DNA of 7,001 nucleotides from a virus (Duplodnaviria; Heunggongvirae; Uroviricota; Caudoviricetes): the IMG/VR virus record IMGVR_UViG_2563366974_000011, positions 1 through 7,001 of that record; one strand, written 5' to 3'. How positions within the stretch are numbered: the first letter of the stretch is position 1; the number at the start of each line of letters is the position of its first letter. A program made the position numbers and the translations under genes. Positions 4,404 through 7,001 of this stretch are shown in pieces. The notes beneath the pieces are model-generated. The model made no database searches. It had not been told where the DNA came from and saw nothing but the letters and a program-made list of their open reading frames with translations.

Positions 4404-7001
4404 TCAGCTAATCGTGATGCCTGCAGTGGCTTTCTTCATCACAACAACCAGCAAATCGCTGATACTTGCTGTGGGATACCAGCCATTTACCAGCCATGCT
4501 GACACCGAAAACTCCAGTGTCATGTGACCGTGACCGGCAGGCATATCAATAACGCCACTGTAAATCAGCGTATTATCCAGCGCGGTACGGTTATAAATTT
4601 CAGCACCGTTTTTCCGCACTATCAGACGGCATGAGGAGTAAATATCAGTATGCTCTCTCTCATGCTTAGCGCCACTGAATGCCACAGCCGGAATAACAAT
4701 TTGCCGGTCAAACGGCTGATCGTCATAAACCCTGACGGTAATGGTCCCTGATGGCCACCGCTCCGGTGCCCGGGAGTCACGGGGGAAAGCTTTGCCCACT
4801 GTTTTAACGAGATCGCCTTCAATCTGGTTCGCGGACAGTTTTCCCAGAACCCGGCAGTTCTCGTTAATCGTGACGTTGTTGAGCGTCCCGGAGTTCGCAT
4901 TCACGTTACCGCTGATATCGGCATTTTTCGCCGTCAGCCGCCCGTCCGGTGTCAGGGAAAATGCCGGAGGATTACCGCCGCTGGTAATGGTCGGAGCCGT
5001 CAGGCGTTTCAGGAACACGTCGTTCATGAATATCTGGTTGCCCTGCGCCACAAACATCGGCGTTTCATTCCCGTTTGCCGGGTCAATAAACGCGATACGG
5101 TTAGCGGCAACCAGGAACTGGCTCAGTTTGCCTTCCTCCGTATCCTCCATGCTGAGGCCAAGCCCCGCGACATAATGTTTGCCGTCTTTGGTCTGCTCAA
5201 TTTTGACGCCCCACATGGCATTCCATTTATCGTTGGCGTCCTTCCACTCTTTCGAAAACTCCTCCAGTTTGCTGGCGTTATCTTCCGTCAGCTCAAAGTT
5301 TTCCAGCAGTTCCTTGCCGAGATGCGTTTTATTGATCAACCCTTTATAAAAATTCAGATAACCTTCCGCATCATCGCTCGCCCGACCAACGGCCTCCACA
5401 AATGCCGATTTACCAACGGTGTTCACGCTGCGGATATAAAAGTAATAATCATAACCCGGCTTAATATTGCTACTGGCGGCTATCCAGTACAGCGCCGTAC
5501 CAAGATAACGCGCGCTGGTTTCAACCTGCCTGATATCGATAATCCGCTTTTCCGAGAACCAGAACTCAAACTGCACCGTCGGGTCATATACAGCCAGTTT
5601 CGGGACCGCTGTTATCTGAAAATACCCTGGTATCAGTTCAATAGTGACAGGCGCTGCCGGTGCCGCAATCCGGAACGATACCGATGCCGGATCGCCCTGC
5701 TGCCCCCACGCATTTACCGCCCGGACCGTCAGCGTGTAACGCCCCAGCGCCAGTTGCCTGAAGCGGTATGTGGTTTCCGTCGTCCGGGCCATGCTGACCA
5801 GCCGCTCACTGCCGTCGTCCGCTGCCACGGTAAGGCGAAGCAGGAAGCTCACGCCCTTCACCACCTTCGGCGTGTCCCATCGCGCCAGCACCTGATATTC
5901 CCCGCTGTCTGCGGTGACTTCGGCGGTCAGGTGCTGCACCGCTGGCGGCGTGACACCATTCACCGTGCCGCTCTGGTCGCCGTCAAAGTGCGCCCCGTTA
6001 TCCACGATGGCTTCTTTTTCCGGTACATGCTGCACGGCGGTGATGGCATACGTACCGTCATCGTTCTCCCGGATACTCACACAGCGGAACAGGCGCTGGC
6101 GCAGCGTCGGCAGCTTCAGCCCCCATACGCTGTATTCAGCAACACCGTCAGGAACACGGCTCACTTTTACCTTCACGCCGTCGGTGACGGACTGAACCTC
6201 CACGCTGACCGGATTGCCACTTCCGTCAACCAGGCTTATCAGCGTGGTACCGGAGGATGGCAGCGTGATTTCACGGTCGAGCGTCAGCGTCCGGGTCTGG
6301 CTGTTCACCGCCAGCACACGACCACCGGTGCTGATACCGGCATAGTCATCATCACAGATTTCAATGACATCGCCCGGTACATGGCGAAGCCCTTCTGCGC
6401 CCACGCTGAAGTCCACGGTCTGCGTTTCCAGCAGTTCCGTTTTAATCAGCCACAGCCCGGCGCGGTGTGCCTGCCCCCGGCTGGTACAGCCAAAGGCATC
6501 CATCTTCGTGACGTTACGACCGTAACGGGCAATGGCCTGCGTATCTTCAACAAGCTCTGTCGCCGTCTCCCAGCCGTTGTTCGGGTCAATCCAGTTCACC
6601 TCAACGGCATTATGGCGGTCCTTCAGGGCGCTGAAGCTGTAGCGGAACGGCGCGCCATCATCCGGCATCACCACATTACTGCGGTTATAGGTCCACACCT
6701 TATCTGATGGTCGGTCCTGCACGAACGTCAGCGTCTGCCCGTTCCATACCGGCATACAGCGCATCGCCGAGCAGAAATCACTGAGAACATCCCACGCCTT
6801 GCGCTGTGTGGTCAGGCAGGCATTACAGGTGATGCGCGGCTCCGTGCCACCAAAGCCATCCGGCACCGACTGGTCGCAATTCTGGCCGATGACATACAGC
6901 GCCCATTTGTCCACATCCGCCGCACCGAGACGCTTCCCCATGCCGTAGCGCGGATGGGTCAGCATATCCCACAGACACCAGGCCATGTTGTTGCTGTATG
7001 C
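4404..7001 (-). CDS. J: Host specificity protein J (tail tip / central tail fibre), C-terminal ~865 codons; 5' end lies beyond the window
   Basis: The ORF track gives an 860-aa minus ORF 4404-6986 from an internal Met. The frame stays open up to the window edge (codons above 6986 read ..AYSNN with no stop). TGA stop at 4404-4406. Sits immediately upstream of lom as in lambda. Very long, GC-rich; assignment is by recall of the J family, not a search. Confidence 0.9.
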   Translation of the reverse strand, partial: AYSNNMAWCLWDMLTHPRYGMGKRLGAADVDKWALYVIGQNCDQSVPDGFGGTEPRITCNACLTTQRKAWDVLSDFCSAMRCMPVWNGQTLTFVQDRPSDKVWTYNRSNVVMPDDGAPFRYSFSALKDRHNAVEVNWIDPNNGWETATELVEDTQAIARYGRNVTKMDAFGCTSRGQAHRAGLWLIKTELLETQTVDFSVGAEGLRHVPGDVIEICDDDYAGISTGGRVLAVNSQTRTLTLDREITLPSSGTTLISLVDGSGNPVSVEVQSVTDGVKVKVSRVPDGVAEYSVWGLKLPTLRQRLFRCVSIRENDDGTYAITAVQHVPEKEAIVDNGAHFDGDQSGTVNGVTPPAVQHLTAEVTADSGEYQVLARWDTPKVVKGVSFLLRLTVAADDGSERLVSMARTTETTYRFRQLALGRYTLTVRAVNAWGQQGDPASVSFRIAAPAAPVTIELIPGYFQITAVPKLAVYDPTVQFEFWFSEKRIIDIRQVETSARYLGTALYWIAASSNIKPGYDYYFYIRSVNTVGKSAFVEAVGRASDDAEGYLNFYKGLINKTHLGKELLENFELTEDNASKLEEFSKEWKDANDKWNAMWGVKIEQTKDGKHYVAGLGLSMEDTEEGKLSQFLVAANRIAFIDPANGNETPMFVAQGNQIFMNDVFLKRLTAPTITSGGNPPAFSLTPDGRLTAKNADISGNVNANSGTLNNVTINENCRVLGKLSANQIEGDLVKTVGKAFPRDSRAPERWPSGTITVRVYDDQPFDRQIVIPAVAFSGAKHEREHTDIYSSCRLIVRKNGAEIYNRTALDNTLIYSGVIDMPAGHGHMTLEFSVSAWLVNGWYPTASISDLLVVVMKKATAGITIS

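Larger units (their letters stand above)
1..7001 (-). mobile_element. Partial lambdoid prophage: distal tail-gene region (J - lom - stf - accessory cassette)
   Basis: Co-linear minus-strand order J -> lom -> stf matches the lambda late-operon order (established knowledge). All long credible ORFs share one strand. Neither end of the prophage is in the window. Confidence 0.85.

Noticed and set aside
3878-5175. Short ORFs 3878-4066 (+), 4622-4900 (-) and 4741-5175 (+)
   Set aside because: Embedded in or antisense to lom and J; shadow ORFs in GC-rich coding sequence.
5175-6707. 510-aa plus-strand ORF
   Set aside because: It lies wholly antisense to the J coding region. Its translation is Arg/Pro/His-rich low-complexity sequence typical of an out-of-frame read of GC-rich DNA, while the J strand has a coherent protein and operon context.
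1-7001. CRISPR array, tRNA or rRNA genes
   Set aside because: No short regularly spaced direct repeats with unique spacers and no tRNA-like or rRNA-like sequence were seen; the only repeats are the in-frame 189-bp coding duplications in stf.

Overview
The window is the distal end of a lambda-like (lambdoid siphovirus) prophage tail-gene cluster, with every credible gene on the minus strand. In transcription order (high to low coordinates) it holds: the 3' ~2.6 kb of host-specificity gene J (4404-7001, 5' end off-window), an intrinsic terminator, lom (Ail/Lom outer-membrane protein, 3737-4336), a second intrinsic terminator, and the N-terminal 503 codons of a side-tail-fibre gene stf carrying 189-bp tandem repeats (2161-3672). 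Below that lies a stop-dense AT-rich ~120-bp junction (2044-2160), then a ~250-codon in-frame remnant with no start codon that looks like a LamG/concanavalin-like fibre tip (1294-2043). The window ends with a tightly coupled three-gene cassette: a 93-aa strongly acidic protein (1013-1294), a 234-aa coiled-coil plus Peptidase_S74-like chaperone-domain protein (299-1003) and a 95-aa small membrane protein (1-288). I saw no rRNA, tRNA or CRISPR. The most interesting signals are the interrupted/mosaic tail fibre and the uncharacterised cassette behind it, which sits where phages usually keep receptor-binding, exclusion or lysogenic-conversion cargo. All family assignments come from reading the translations and from memory of these families; no database search was run.
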